Assembly: GCA_934754445.1 (NCBI GenBank)
Contig: CAKVHZ010000001.1
Location: forward strand, 8,469-72,468
Source of the DNA: an uncultured Clostridia bacterium
Lineage (GTDB): Bacteria > Bacillota > Clostridia > Christensenellales > UBA1242
DNA length: 64,000 bases
Direction of reading: 5' to 3'
Each line of letters starts with the position of its first letter. Within the stretch, counting starts at the first letter, position 1. Positions 26,132 through 34,729 of this stretch are shown piece after piece. Both the position numbers and the translations under genes were made by a program. The notes under the pieces are model-generated. The model saw only the letters and a list, made by a program, of their open reading frames with translations, was not told the DNA's origin and searched no databases.

Positions 26132-26458
26132 TTAGTTAATTTGAGTTACGCAACAAGGGGTTTTTGTTTTGTTTTTGCCTTCTAAAACAGTAATTCCGTT
26201 TGATGCGCAAAGTCCATTTTTATTAAACAGACAATTTGCATCACAATAAATTTTTGCATCTTTATTTGCTTCGTGCGGACTTAATGGGCTTGATACTTCA
26301 AACATATTTTTAGCGGTTTGTTGTTTTAAATCTTTTGCTTTTTCTTCGCTATACTCATAAGTTTCGCAGTCTATGCCACTACCTACTTTAATTTCTTTTG
26401 CAGTGCAACAACAACCTTTGTTATATTTGCATTCACATTTTTTACATTTTATATCCAT
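26132..26458 (-). CDS. Cys-rich DUF1540-like protein
   Basis: Two repeats of a C..C.YN....C.A..I.V-type pattern (CKKCECKYNKGCCCTAKEIKV; CDANCLFNKNGLCASNGITV). AAGGAGA SD. Confidence 0.55.
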   Translation of the reverse strand: MDIKCKKCECKYNKGCCCTAKEIKVGSGIDCETYEYSEEKAKDLKQQTAKNMFEVSSPLSPHEANKDAKIYCDANCLFNKNGLCASNGITVLEGKNKTKTPCCVTQIN

Positions 26459-26655
26459 ATAATTCTCCTTGATTTAATTGTAGACTTTTTTCATCTTTTT
26501 AATCATTTAATTTAAGAAATATAGTTTATGTTTATTAATTATAAATAAATATTTAAGAAAAGATAATAAATTAATAAACCTATTTATATATAATTTGTGA
26601 ATAAAATTTGACAAATTTATTTTTATTATATAAACTAATTATAAAGGAAGGTATT

Positions 26656-27102
26656 ATGAAAGTTATATTACTTGAAGATGTTAGGGGAACTGGTAAAAAG
26701 GGCGATGTTAAAGAAGTTAGCGACGGATACGCAAAAAACTTTTTACTAAAAAACAAAAAGGCGGTTATTGCCGATAGTGTAAACTTAAATAAAAACAACC
26801 AACAAAAATCAGCCGATGCTTTTCACGAACAAGAGAGAGTTAATAAAGCAAAGTTAGATGCTGAAAATTTAAAAAATAAAGAATTTACATTGAATGTAAA
26901 AGTTGGAGAAAACGGAAAACTTTTCGGTGCAATAACTACTAAAGAAATTGCGGATGTTGTAACTAAAGATAGCGGAATTAATATAGACAAAAGGCAAGTA
27001 GTTTTAAAAGAGAATATTAAGGTGCTAGGAAAATTTGTTATTGAACTAAAACTTTATAAAAACATATCTACTAAAATATATATTATTGTAGATAGACTTT
27101 AA
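26656..27102 (+). CDS. rplI: 50S ribosomal protein L9
   Basis: MKVILLEDVRGTGKKGDVKEVSDGYAKNFL is the canonical L9 N-terminus. Start moved to the ATG behind the AAGGAAGG SD. Confidence 0.9.
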   Translation: MKVILLEDVRGTGKKGDVKEVSDGYAKNFLLKNKKAVIADSVNLNKNNQQKSADAFHEQERVNKAKLDAENLKNKEFTLNVKVGENGKLFGAITTKEIADVVTKDSGINIDKRQVVLKENIKVLGKFVIELKLYKNISTKIYIIVDRL

Positions 27103-27119
27103 AAACTTGTAAAAAATAT

Positions 27120-27147
27120 TTGATTTTTGGCATAATCATGCTATAAT
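27120..27147 (+). promoter_or_regulatory. Promoter TTGATT-16-TGcTATAAT (extended -10)
   Basis: Hexamers at 27120-27125 and 27142-27147, with TG at 27139-27140. Confidence 0.55.
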
Positions 27148-27177
27148 ATTAATATATTTATATAGGAGGAAATGTTT

Positions 27178-27402
27178 ATGGCAAAATCTTCACACGATTA
27201 TTTTGGATTAAGCAGATTAGTTAGTATTATTCTTGCTATAATTCCAGTTACTGCATGGATTTTAGGTGCTTTAACAAGATTTAAAGAAGGTAAAATTGTT
27301 GCAGGAATCATTAGATTAATATTTGGATTCAATATCGTTTGGATTTTAGATATTATCTTCATGATTATGAATGGTAGAATTTTAAGATTATTAGATTGTT
27401 AA
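27178..27402 (+). CDS. Small 2-TM membrane protein
   Basis: AGGAGG SD lies 8 nt upstream of the ATG at 27178. Two hydrophobic helices. Confidence 0.6.
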   Translation: MAKSSHDYFGLSRLVSIILAIIPVTAWILGALTRFKEGKIVAGIIRLIFGFNIVWILDIIFMIMNGRILRLLDC

Positions 27403-27412
27403 TAATAAAAGG

Positions 27413-27440
27413 CAAAGGGTTTAGTCCCTTTGTTTTTTTT
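27413..27440 (+). terminator. Rho-independent terminator
   Basis: CAAAGGG-tttagt-CCCTTTG followed by T8. Confidence 0.85.
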
Positions 27441-27469
27441 AATTTACATAATTTGTTATAGGTTTTTTA

Positions 27470-27498
27470 TTGACAAAATTCTCTAAAATTTTTATACT
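27470..27498 (+). promoter_or_regulatory. Promoter TTGACA-17-TATACT, ATG 6 nt downstream (leaderless geometry)
   Basis: Hexamers at 27470-27475 and 27493-27498. The CDS ATG is at 27505 and has no SD. Confidence 0.5.
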
Positions 27499-27504
27499 AT
27501 TTTT

Positions 27505-30500
27505 ATGAAAAATATTAAAAAACTAGGTTTTAGCATTTTTGCATTTATATTAATTTTGTTTGGTGGGGGTTATTTTGCACCAAACTTTTTCGTTTTAGCC
27601 GATACTAGTTTATATACTGGCGATGTTATTAACAATGTTTTTTATGTTACTTTTAGTGATGGAGATACAAATTGGATAAACGAAGTTCCTGAAACTCAAG
27701 CAAATTACACTCAAACTGTTCAACAACTGATGAACAACTCTTATAACACAAGTGTTTCTTCAGTTAAAGAATATTACAAAGCACAATCTTTTAATAGTTT
27801 AAATTTAACTTCTAATTTTTATACAAATTCAAACAGTGCTTACACTTTACCTTACACTAAAAATCAATTATTACCTTATTCTAAAACAAATACTTCAGGA
27901 TATTTAGAATATGATATTTGCTCTTATACTAATAGTAAGCCAGCACAAATGTCTTTAGATTTTTTTACAAAAACAACACATCTATTTTCGGCTTATAATT
28001 GTAACAATAGTAAACACGACGGTTCTTCATCGAAATGCGATTTGAGTTATGGTAGTGGAGATGATGTTGCATGTATTTGTGCTTATTATAAATATATAAA
28101 AGATAATCCTACCAAAAAGGTGACAGATTACGAACATTTAGAAAGATATTTTAGAGAACAAGTTGCAATTAAAACTTTGCTTTCAAAAATTTCTAGTTTA
28201 AGTGGTAATGTAGATAGAAATAACGATGGAAAAGTTGATGCAATAACCTTTATTTTTCCTAATATTACTGATACAGTAAACTGGAATGATTTACTTTGGG
28301 CTCATCAAATGTCGCTTGCTGATTTATCAAGCTTTAAAGGATATTCTAGCATTTTAAAAACGATGGCAAGCAAGCATGGACTAAGGAATTTAACAGATGA
28401 TGATTTGGATATAATTTTAAAGAATGTGGGAATTGGTGGAAAAATGTGTTACGATTATAACTTATATACTTTCCACGATTTGTTACCAAAAAGTGGTGGT
28501 AAAACCTTTTGTTTAAAAGATAAAAACGGTTTGCAATTAATAAATAACTACACCTTAGCACACGAACTTGGTCATGTTTTAGGACTTCCTGATTATTATA
28601 TTTATGATGATAATGATAAACATGACGACCCAGTTACATTTTGGGATTTAATGGCTTATGCTTATACTGGAACTCCGCTTTATATGACTACATATAATAG
28701 AGAAAAGTTGGGGTTTACTAATAGCACTAACATAAAAAAGATAACAAATAGTGGAAGTTATGAATTATATCCAACAAACTACGACGAAATAAATAATAGT
28801 AACAATAATTCAAATAAAGTTTTAGCATATGTTTATCAAGACCCAGCATATCCAAATCAAAAAATCTACATAGAATATAGAACAATGGAAGGGAAATTTG
28901 AGAGTGGACTAAAGAACTGGGTAACCGATAGAAAAGATGGGCTTATTATTTATAGGGTTGATGAAGGAGTAAAGCAGGTAAATGAATACTCTGGTATGCT
29001 TAGTAGTGGTAACTTTATGGGTTATCCTTATAACCTTTATGTTTTTAGAGATGGTAAAAACTATGCTTTAAATAGTGATTTTGTGTCTATGAATAATATA
29101 ACCTTTCAAACTTATGACAGCACAAAAAACCAAAAAGAATTATTAAAAAATGATGTTACTTTTACTAATAGCGGGCTAACGATTACATTTGAAAAAATTG
29201 AAAATGGGAAACTAAAATTTAATATATCTGGTGGTAATTTAAAAGGACAAGATAACAGAGATTTAGATTCTGTAACCTTAATTGGAAACAAAACTGTAAG
29301 TCATGAAGTTAAAACAAGTTATACCGATTTAGGTATAAATTATGGTGAATTTACTAGCGATGAATTTAATATTTCTATTGATAACAAAATCAATTTAAAT
29401 AAGTTGGGAACTTATAATTATACATACACCTTAACCTTAAAAACTGATAACTCAAAAACAAAAACGCTAACTAGAACAGTTCGTGTAGTGGATACTACAA
29501 AACCTACTGTTACTTTAATAGGAGAAGATAATCTCACAATTTCGAGCATCAATGACTATGAGGAGCAAGGCATAAATTATAGCGATAATTACGATGAAAA
29601 ATCAAATTTAACTAAAAATATAAGTGATTTAATTTATGTTAGTGAAAACTATTATAAAGTTGAATATTCAGTTACCGATAGTTCAGGTAACGAAACAATA
29701 ATTTGTAGATATATAACAATTTTAGCAAATCCTACTGATTTTTCTGGCGTAAAATTAAATGGGAAAACAAATATCGAACATGATGTTAAAACTAATTATG
29801 TTGATAGTGGCATAGATTTTGGGACATTTATTGAAAGCGAGTTTACAATAGAGAGAACTAACACTGTAAACATTAATGTTTTAGGTAGTTATACTTATAG
29901 TTATAAATTAACTTATAATTCAACTCATGAAACTTTTAATTTGGTTAGAACGATTAATGTTGTAGACAAAATTGCGCCAACGATTACATTACTTGGCGAA
30001 AATAATATATCAAAGTTTTTAAGTGAACTATCTTCCTATAATGACAAAAATGTTGCGGTTAGTGATAATTATAATACCGCAGACGATATTGTAATTATAA
30101 CAAGATTAGAAAAAATCAACGATAGTTTATATTACTATTTTTATAAAGCAAAAGATAGTAGTGGGAATGAGAGTGAAGAAATATATAGATTAATTAGAAT
30201 AGAATATAAACCTTTACAGCAAAGCCAAATAAGAATAGAAATAAAAAATAATAGCAGTGATACTACATTCTATACAGATACTATTATAAGATTTGCGACA
30301 AGAATTGATTATAATCAAGACAATTTACAAGGACAAACTATTAGATTTTTTATAAACGATGTGGAAATAAATACTAGCGGAGATTACTTTACTTATAAAT
30401 TCACTCGAGATGGAATTTATGGAATTAAAGTTCAAGTTGGTGATACAATTAAAGAAACGGAAATAATTGTAAAAGATATTAGCACAAAACCAGTAGACAC

Positions 30501-30621
30501 TCAAAAAATGAGTATGGCTGTAATGCTTGGAATAATTGCTGGGATTATATTATTCTTATTTGTAGTTATAATTGTATGTAGCAAAGCAAAAGAAATTAAA
30601 AATAATTTAGATAAATATTAG
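27505..30621 (+). CDS. Membrane-anchored M6 (immune inhibitor A-like) zinc metalloprotease with tandem Ig-like (DUF5011/HYR-type) modules
   Basis: Signal peptide, HELGHVLGLPDYY zinc site, a duplicated ~160-aa module pair and a C-terminal TM anchor. Confidence 0.6.
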   Translation: MKNIKKLGFSIFAFILILFGGGYFAPNFFVLADTSLYTGDVINNVFYVTFSDGDTNWINEVPETQANYTQTVQQLMNNSYNTSVSSVKEYYKAQSFNSLNLTSNFYTNSNSAYTLPYTKNQLLPYSKTNTSGYLEYDICSYTNSKPAQMSLDFFTKTTHLFSAYNCNNSKHDGSSSKCDLSYGSGDDVACICAYYKYIKDNPTKKVTDYEHLERYFREQVAIKTLLSKISSLSGNVDRNNDGKVDAITFIFPNITDTVNWNDLLWAHQMSLADLSSFKGYSSILKTMASKHGLRNLTDDDLDIILKNVGIGGKMCYDYNLYTFHDLLPKSGGKTFCLKDKNGLQLINNYTLAHELGHVLGLPDYYIYDDNDKHDDPVTFWDLMAYAYTGTPLYMTTYNREKLGFTNSTNIKKITNSGSYELYPTNYDEINNSNNNSNKVLAYVYQDPAYPNQKIYIEYRTMEGKFESGLKNWVTDRKDGLIIYRVDEGVKQVNEYSGMLSSGNFMGYPYNLYVFRDGKNYALNSDFVSMNNITFQTYDSTKNQKELLKNDVTFTNSGLTITFEKIENGKLKFNISGGNLKGQDNRDLDSVTLIGNKTVSHEVKTSYTDLGINYGEFTSDEFNISIDNKINLNKLGTYNYTYTLTLKTDNSKTKTLTRTVRVVDTTKPTVTLIGEDNLTISSINDYEEQGINYSDNYDEKSNLTKNISDLIYVSENYYKVEYSVTDSSGNETIICRYITILANPTDFSGVKLNGKTNIEHDVKTNYVDSGIDFGTFIESEFTIERTNTVNINVLGSYTYSYKLTYNSTHETFNLVRTINVVDKIAPTITLLGENNISKFLSELSSYNDKNVAVSDNYNTADDIVIITRLEKINDSLYYYFYKAKDSSGNESEEIYRLIRIEYKPLQQSQIRIEIKNNSSDTTFYTDTIIRFATRIDYNQDNLQGQTIRFFINDVEINTSGDYFTYKFTRDGIYGIKVQVGDTIKETEIIVKDISTKPVDTQKMSMAVMLGIIAGIILFLFVVIIVCSKAKEIKNNLDKY

Positions 30622-30629
30622 GAGATATT

Positions 30630-31496
30630 ATGATAAAACTTATCACAGATGCAACTTGCGATTACAGTAAAGATTATTATGAAAAAAATAACATAGAGTT
30701 AATTCCTATGTCTATTACACTAGAAGGCGAAACCTTAGTAGATGATAAAAATGTAAATTTAAATGAATTTTACGAAAAATTAAGAAAAGGCAAGAAACCA
30801 ACGACATCAATGATTTCTCCAAGTGTATATGAAGAAATTTTTGAAAAACACTTAAAAAATGGCGATGATGTTTTATATATTGGTTTTTCTTCGGGGTTAA
30901 GTGGTTGTTATAACGCAAGTGTTATGGCTAAAAAAAGTTTAGAAGAAAAATATGATAACAAAATATATTGCTTAGATAGTTTATCTGCTTCTCAAGGAAT
31001 GGGCATATTACTAGATGAAGCTCTAAAAATGATTGCTGAAAACAAAAGTTTAGAAGAAATTTGTAATTATTTAGAAAATTTAAAACATAGGCTTTGCATT
31101 TTGCTTGGTGTTGAAAATTTATTCCACCTAGAACGTGGCGGGAGAATAAATAAAGCACAAGCAATAATTGGCACGACTTTAAACTTAAAACCAATAATCA
31201 AAGTTAATGAAGAAGGAAAGTTGCTTTCTTTTAAAAAATTAATTGGAAGAAAGAAAATGGAACTAACATTACAAAATTATGTAATAAATTATGTTGACCC
31301 AAATTATCTAGACAAAATATTTATCATAAGCGGTAATAGTGATAATGATGCTGAAGAATTGAAAGCTAAAATAGACGAAAGGTTAAATACAAATACTCAC
31401 ATAGTAGAACTAGGCACAATAATCGGTAACCACACAGGTAATGGTAGTTTGGCAGTAATTTTTGTTTCTAAAACAAATGTAGAAGAAATAAAATAA
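30630..31496 (+). CDS. degV: DegV-family fatty-acid-binding protein
   Basis: IKLITDATCDYS N-terminus and overall length are typical of DegV. GGAG SD. Confidence 0.85.
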   Translation: MIKLITDATCDYSKDYYEKNNIELIPMSITLEGETLVDDKNVNLNEFYEKLRKGKKPTTSMISPSVYEEIFEKHLKNGDDVLYIGFSSGLSGCYNASVMAKKSLEEKYDNKIYCLDSLSASQGMGILLDEALKMIAENKSLEEICNYLENLKHRLCILLGVENLFHLERGGRINKAQAIIGTTLNLKPIIKVNEEGKLLSFKKLIGRKKMELTLQNYVINYVDPNYLDKIFIISGNSDNDAEELKAKIDERLNTNTHIVELGTIIGNHTGNGSLAVIFVSKTNVEEIK

Positions 31497-31562
31497 CTTG
31501 AAATTTAAGATTAAAAACTACAATAAATAAAAGGCAATTATAAAATGGTTGATAATAAAAAC

Positions 31563-31593
31563 AAAAAGAACATGCAAATGCCATGTTCTTTTA
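31563..31593. terminator. Terminator between convergent genes
   Basis: 10-bp stem AAAGAACATG/CATGTTCTTT. Confidence 0.6.
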
Positions 31594-31600
31594 TTATAAC

Positions 31601-32146
31601 TTATTTGTTTTTATAAATATAATTAAAATTTTTGTCTCCCAACTTACAAATGTATGCACCTTCGTTTAAAGTCCCTTTAAAGAAAAATTTATCTTTATGA
31701 ACTTCGCCATTTTCAGTTTTATAAGTTATATCATAAAAGTTGTATCCTAAAATATTTAAAAGTGGATTAATATAAAATAAATTGTTTTTAATATAAACTA
31801 TTCCTATCAAACACAAAATTAATAAAAATATTACAAACATACTTATTTTTTCTAATTCAAAAGTTAAAGCAAAAAGCACAAAAAGTGAAAAATAACCTAA
31901 AAAATGTTCTTGTGTTATACTTTTTTTCTCAATTATGGTAATTTTCTCTAACTTATAAATTCCGCTTTTACTTTCTTTTACTATTCCAAAACTTCCTAAA
32001 ATAATTAAAATAGTTAATAGAATTAAAGTTAAAGTGTTTAAGACATTAAAAGTTAGATTTTTATTAATTATATCAATTAATTCTTTTATAATAATCAAAC
32101 TATATAGCGGAATAAACGCACTTAAATATAAAAAAACTTTTTGCAT
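31601..32146 (-). CDS. Hypothetical multi-pass membrane protein
   Basis: Four hydrophobic segments followed by a ~50-aa soluble tail. No SD. Confidence 0.5.
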   Translation of the reverse strand: MQKVFLYLSAFIPLYSLIIIKELIDIINKNLTFNVLNTLTLILLTILIILGSFGIVKESKSGIYKLEKITIIEKKSITQEHFLGYFSLFVLFALTFELEKISMFVIFLLILCLIGIVYIKNNLFYINPLLNILGYNFYDITYKTENGEVHKDKFFFKGTLNEGAYICKLGDKNFNYIYKNK

Positions 32147-32243
32147 ATTATTAGTTTTTTTATTTTTTTAAAAATTATTCTAGAATGGTTTGATTAAAAA
32201 TTATAAATGTTTTAAAAATTGAAGCGTTTGAATTTTTTGAAGA

Positions 32244-32271
32244 ATAAAAAAATGTGCTTTAAAGCACATTT
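32244..32271 (-). terminator. Terminator of the TasA-like gene
   Basis: AAATGTGCT-ttaa-AGCACATTT flanked by A/T runs. Confidence 0.7.
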
Positions 32272-32276
32272 ATTTT

Positions 32277-32939
32277 TTACGCACCTGTTCCGTAAGCAGT
32301 AGTCCACTTTTCTGGGGCAGTAGTCCAAACTTCACTTGCTGCACCGTTAGCATATTGGATTGCTTCAACTTGGAAAGTTACAGTATAAACTTTGTTTGCA
32401 TCTAAATTGGTTAGTTCTTTAGGAACTGTTATTGCAGTACAAAAATCTACACTATCACCAGCATTCACCGAACCATTGTAGTAATAATAATCATCAGTTC
32501 CTTGAACCCATTTATCGCTTGTTGTAGCAGTAATAGGTTTACTTGTTGCTTCGCCAGTGTTTGTTAATGTAAGTTTACATCTTAAAACAGACTTACTTGT
32601 ATTTTGCGGAACACTAACACCTATTGCTTGTGTATAACTAGTTCCGGGCATTGCTGTTCCATCAAATGTTAAAGATTCAACACTTGTTCCACCTTGAGTA
32701 ATATTAATGTTTACTGGGTTACCCAATGTAATATTACCAGTGGCTGTTTGGTTAGCACTAAAGAATGCTGCTGTTAATCCTAAAATTAAAGATAGACCTA
32801 ATAAAATAGAAAGAGTGATAATAGCAACTGTAGAAGCATTACGATTTTTTCTTGTGTTAACGGCAACTACTCGTTTATTTTCACTATTCTTTTTTGTAGG
32901 ACTAGGTTTATTTTGTTGATTCATTTGGTTGTTGTCCAT
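32277..32939 (-). CDS. TasA/camelysin-like secreted protein (paralogue 1)
   Basis: AAGGAGG SD. The signal-anchor ends in LTAAFFSANQTATGNITLG (SipW-substrate-like A-[YF]-F-[ST] box). C-terminal motif is Q..NGAASEVWTTAPEKW. Confidence 0.45.
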   Translation of the reverse strand: MDNNQMNQQNKPSPTKKNSENKRVVAVNTRKNRNASTVAIITLSILLGLSLILGLTAAFFSANQTATGNITLGNPVNINITQGGTSVESLTFDGTAMPGTSYTQAIGVSVPQNTSKSVLRCKLTLTNTGEATSKPITATTSDKWVQGTDDYYYYNGSVNAGDSVDFCTAITVPKELTNLDANKVYTVTFQVEAIQYANGAASEVWTTAPEKWTTAYGTGA

Positions 32940-33040
32940 ACTTTTCCTCCTTTTTTGTTTGATTTTAGTTTGGTGGTTTTATTAAAAAATATACATAACT
33001 ATTTTGAATTTATTTTTTTATTCTACAAATAATATAGGTA

Positions 33041-33598
33041 ATGAATAGTTTTTTTAATAAGAATAAAGATTTAATATATTTATTTTCCATATTATTCCTG
33101 TTTTCTATTTTTCTGGTTGTGGTTAGTTTTTCTATTGCTTATTTCACTTCGACTAAAAATATCACAGGAAATATACAACTTGGAGAGTTGGATTTTGAAA
33201 TTTTAGTAGATACTAAAGACGCAAATAACATCATGCCGGGAGATGAATTAGATATTAACATTAATGTTGTTAATAAAGTGGCGAACAAAAAAAATTTAAT
33301 ACCTTTTTATTTTAGATTTTGTTTTTTAGATAATGGCATAAAGAATATTATTGACTTTAAAAAAAACGATAATTTTATTAAAGATGATAATTACTATTAT
33401 TACAAATATAAAGTTAAGGTAAATGATACCGTAAATTTAATTAATTCCATTAAAATTAATGAGTCTTTATCGCAAAACGAAGTGAAATCGTTAAGTTTAG
33501 AAATTATGGTTGATGCAGTTCAAAGTGAATATGGGGCATATAAAGAAGTTTTTAAAGATGCACCAAAAGAATGGATAGAGTTTATAGAAAATTTTTAA
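33041..33598 (+). CDS. TasA/camelysin-like secreted protein (paralogue 2)
   Basis: FSIAYFTSTKNITGNIQLGELDF after the TM segment. C-terminal motif is VQSEYGAYKEVFKDAPKEW. Confidence 0.45.
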   Translation: MNSFFNKNKDLIYLFSILFLFSIFLVVVSFSIAYFTSTKNITGNIQLGELDFEILVDTKDANNIMPGDELDININVVNKVANKKNLIPFYFRFCFLDNGIKNIIDFKKNDNFIKDDNYYYYKYKVKVNDTVNLINSIKINESLSQNEVKSLSLEIMVDAVQSEYGAYKEVFKDAPKEWIEFIENF

Positions 33599-33670
33599 AA
33601 TTACTTTACAAAAGTTAAGTTATTAAATATAATATAATTAATAACAAATGATAAAAGGGGGAGTGTTTTA

Positions 33671-34720
33671 ATGAGTGATAATAAATTACCAGATAAAAAT
33701 GCACCAAAAACACCAAAGGCTACTCCAAAAACAGTAACACCTAAACCAAGTGGGAATGCTCCTAAAGTAGCACCAAAGACCGCACCTAAAACAGCGGTTA
33801 CACCAAAACCTACAGCAAATTCTGCTATAAAAAGTAATTCAGCAAAAGTAAAAACACCAACAGTGGCTAAAGAACCAGCATCTACAAAAATAAATGCGGG
33901 AACAACTGCTATGCCTAAAACAAATCCTTTCACTCCAAAAGTAAATCCTGTTACTAAAAAAGTGGATAGTGAACCAAAACCTGTAATGCCTAATAAAAGT
34001 GCTATAAAACCTAATCCTATAAAACCACAAACCAAGGCTGTTGATGCTTCGGGTGTTATGGTTAAAGCGGATGATAATGGAGAAAAAAAGAAAAAACGAA
34101 GAAGATTGTTACTATTATTATTGTTGTTACTATTATTTGTAACTTCAATTGGACTAGCAGTTTATTTTGTGAGCAAAAATGCTCCCGTTCCGGAAATTAA
34201 ATTTTCAATAGAAATTCTATCCAGTGAAGTAAAAACCGAATATGTTGATGAAAATGACCATACCGTAAATAAAATTCAATTTATGCCTGGCGACCCAGTT
34301 GAAGGGAATCTTAAAATTAAAATAATTAACGATAAGGGGACAATTTCTACTAGTGAAAATGTTTTCTTAAGATTTAAAATAGATATTGTTGTAGATGACA
34401 ACAACTATTATAATTTCTTTGACCCTATTTTGAATGAAAGATATGAAGGCGAAAAATGGACTTGTGGCGATAAAACTTTAACCGATTTTACTAGGGGGCA
34501 AAGTTTTGATGGATATTATTACTATAACACCAAATGTTATGGTGGCGAAGAAATAGAAGTATTTAATAGTATTGATTTTGTTGGTGAAAGACAAAATAAC
34601 GCATTAAACGGAAAAGAAGGTAAAATGATATTTACTATTGAAATTTTACAAGGCGACCATTCTGCTATAAACGATAATTGGCAAACAGCACCAACTACAT
34701 GGCGTAGAAAAGTTAGATAA
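33671..34720 (+). CDS. TasA/camelysin-like protein (paralogue 3) with 150-aa Pro/Lys/Thr-rich N-terminal extension
   Basis: GGGGGAG SD. PKxxPK-type low-complexity N-terminus, then KKKKRRR-L10 TM, LAVYFVS box and C-terminal LQGDHSAINDNWQTAPTTW. Confidence 0.45.
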   Translation: MSDNKLPDKNAPKTPKATPKTVTPKPSGNAPKVAPKTAPKTAVTPKPTANSAIKSNSAKVKTPTVAKEPASTKINAGTTAMPKTNPFTPKVNPVTKKVDSEPKPVMPNKSAIKPNPIKPQTKAVDASGVMVKADDNGEKKKKRRRLLLLLLLLLLFVTSIGLAVYFVSKNAPVPEIKFSIEILSSEVKTEYVDENDHTVNKIQFMPGDPVEGNLKIKIINDKGTISTSENVFLRFKIDIVVDDNNYYNFFDPILNERYEGEKWTCGDKTLTDFTRGQSFDGYYYYNTKCYGGEEIEVFNSIDFVGERQNNALNGKEGKMIFTIEILQGDHSAINDNWQTAPTTWRRKVR

Positions 34721-34729
34721 GGGGCAAAA

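Noticed and set aside
33601-34035. Gly/Phe/Val-rich 144-aa ORF (and the 33839-34030 ORF) on the minus strand.
   Set aside because: It is the mirror image of the Pro/Lys/Thr-rich low-complexity region of the plus-strand gene at 33671-34720, which has a strong SD and a conserved C-terminal domain.
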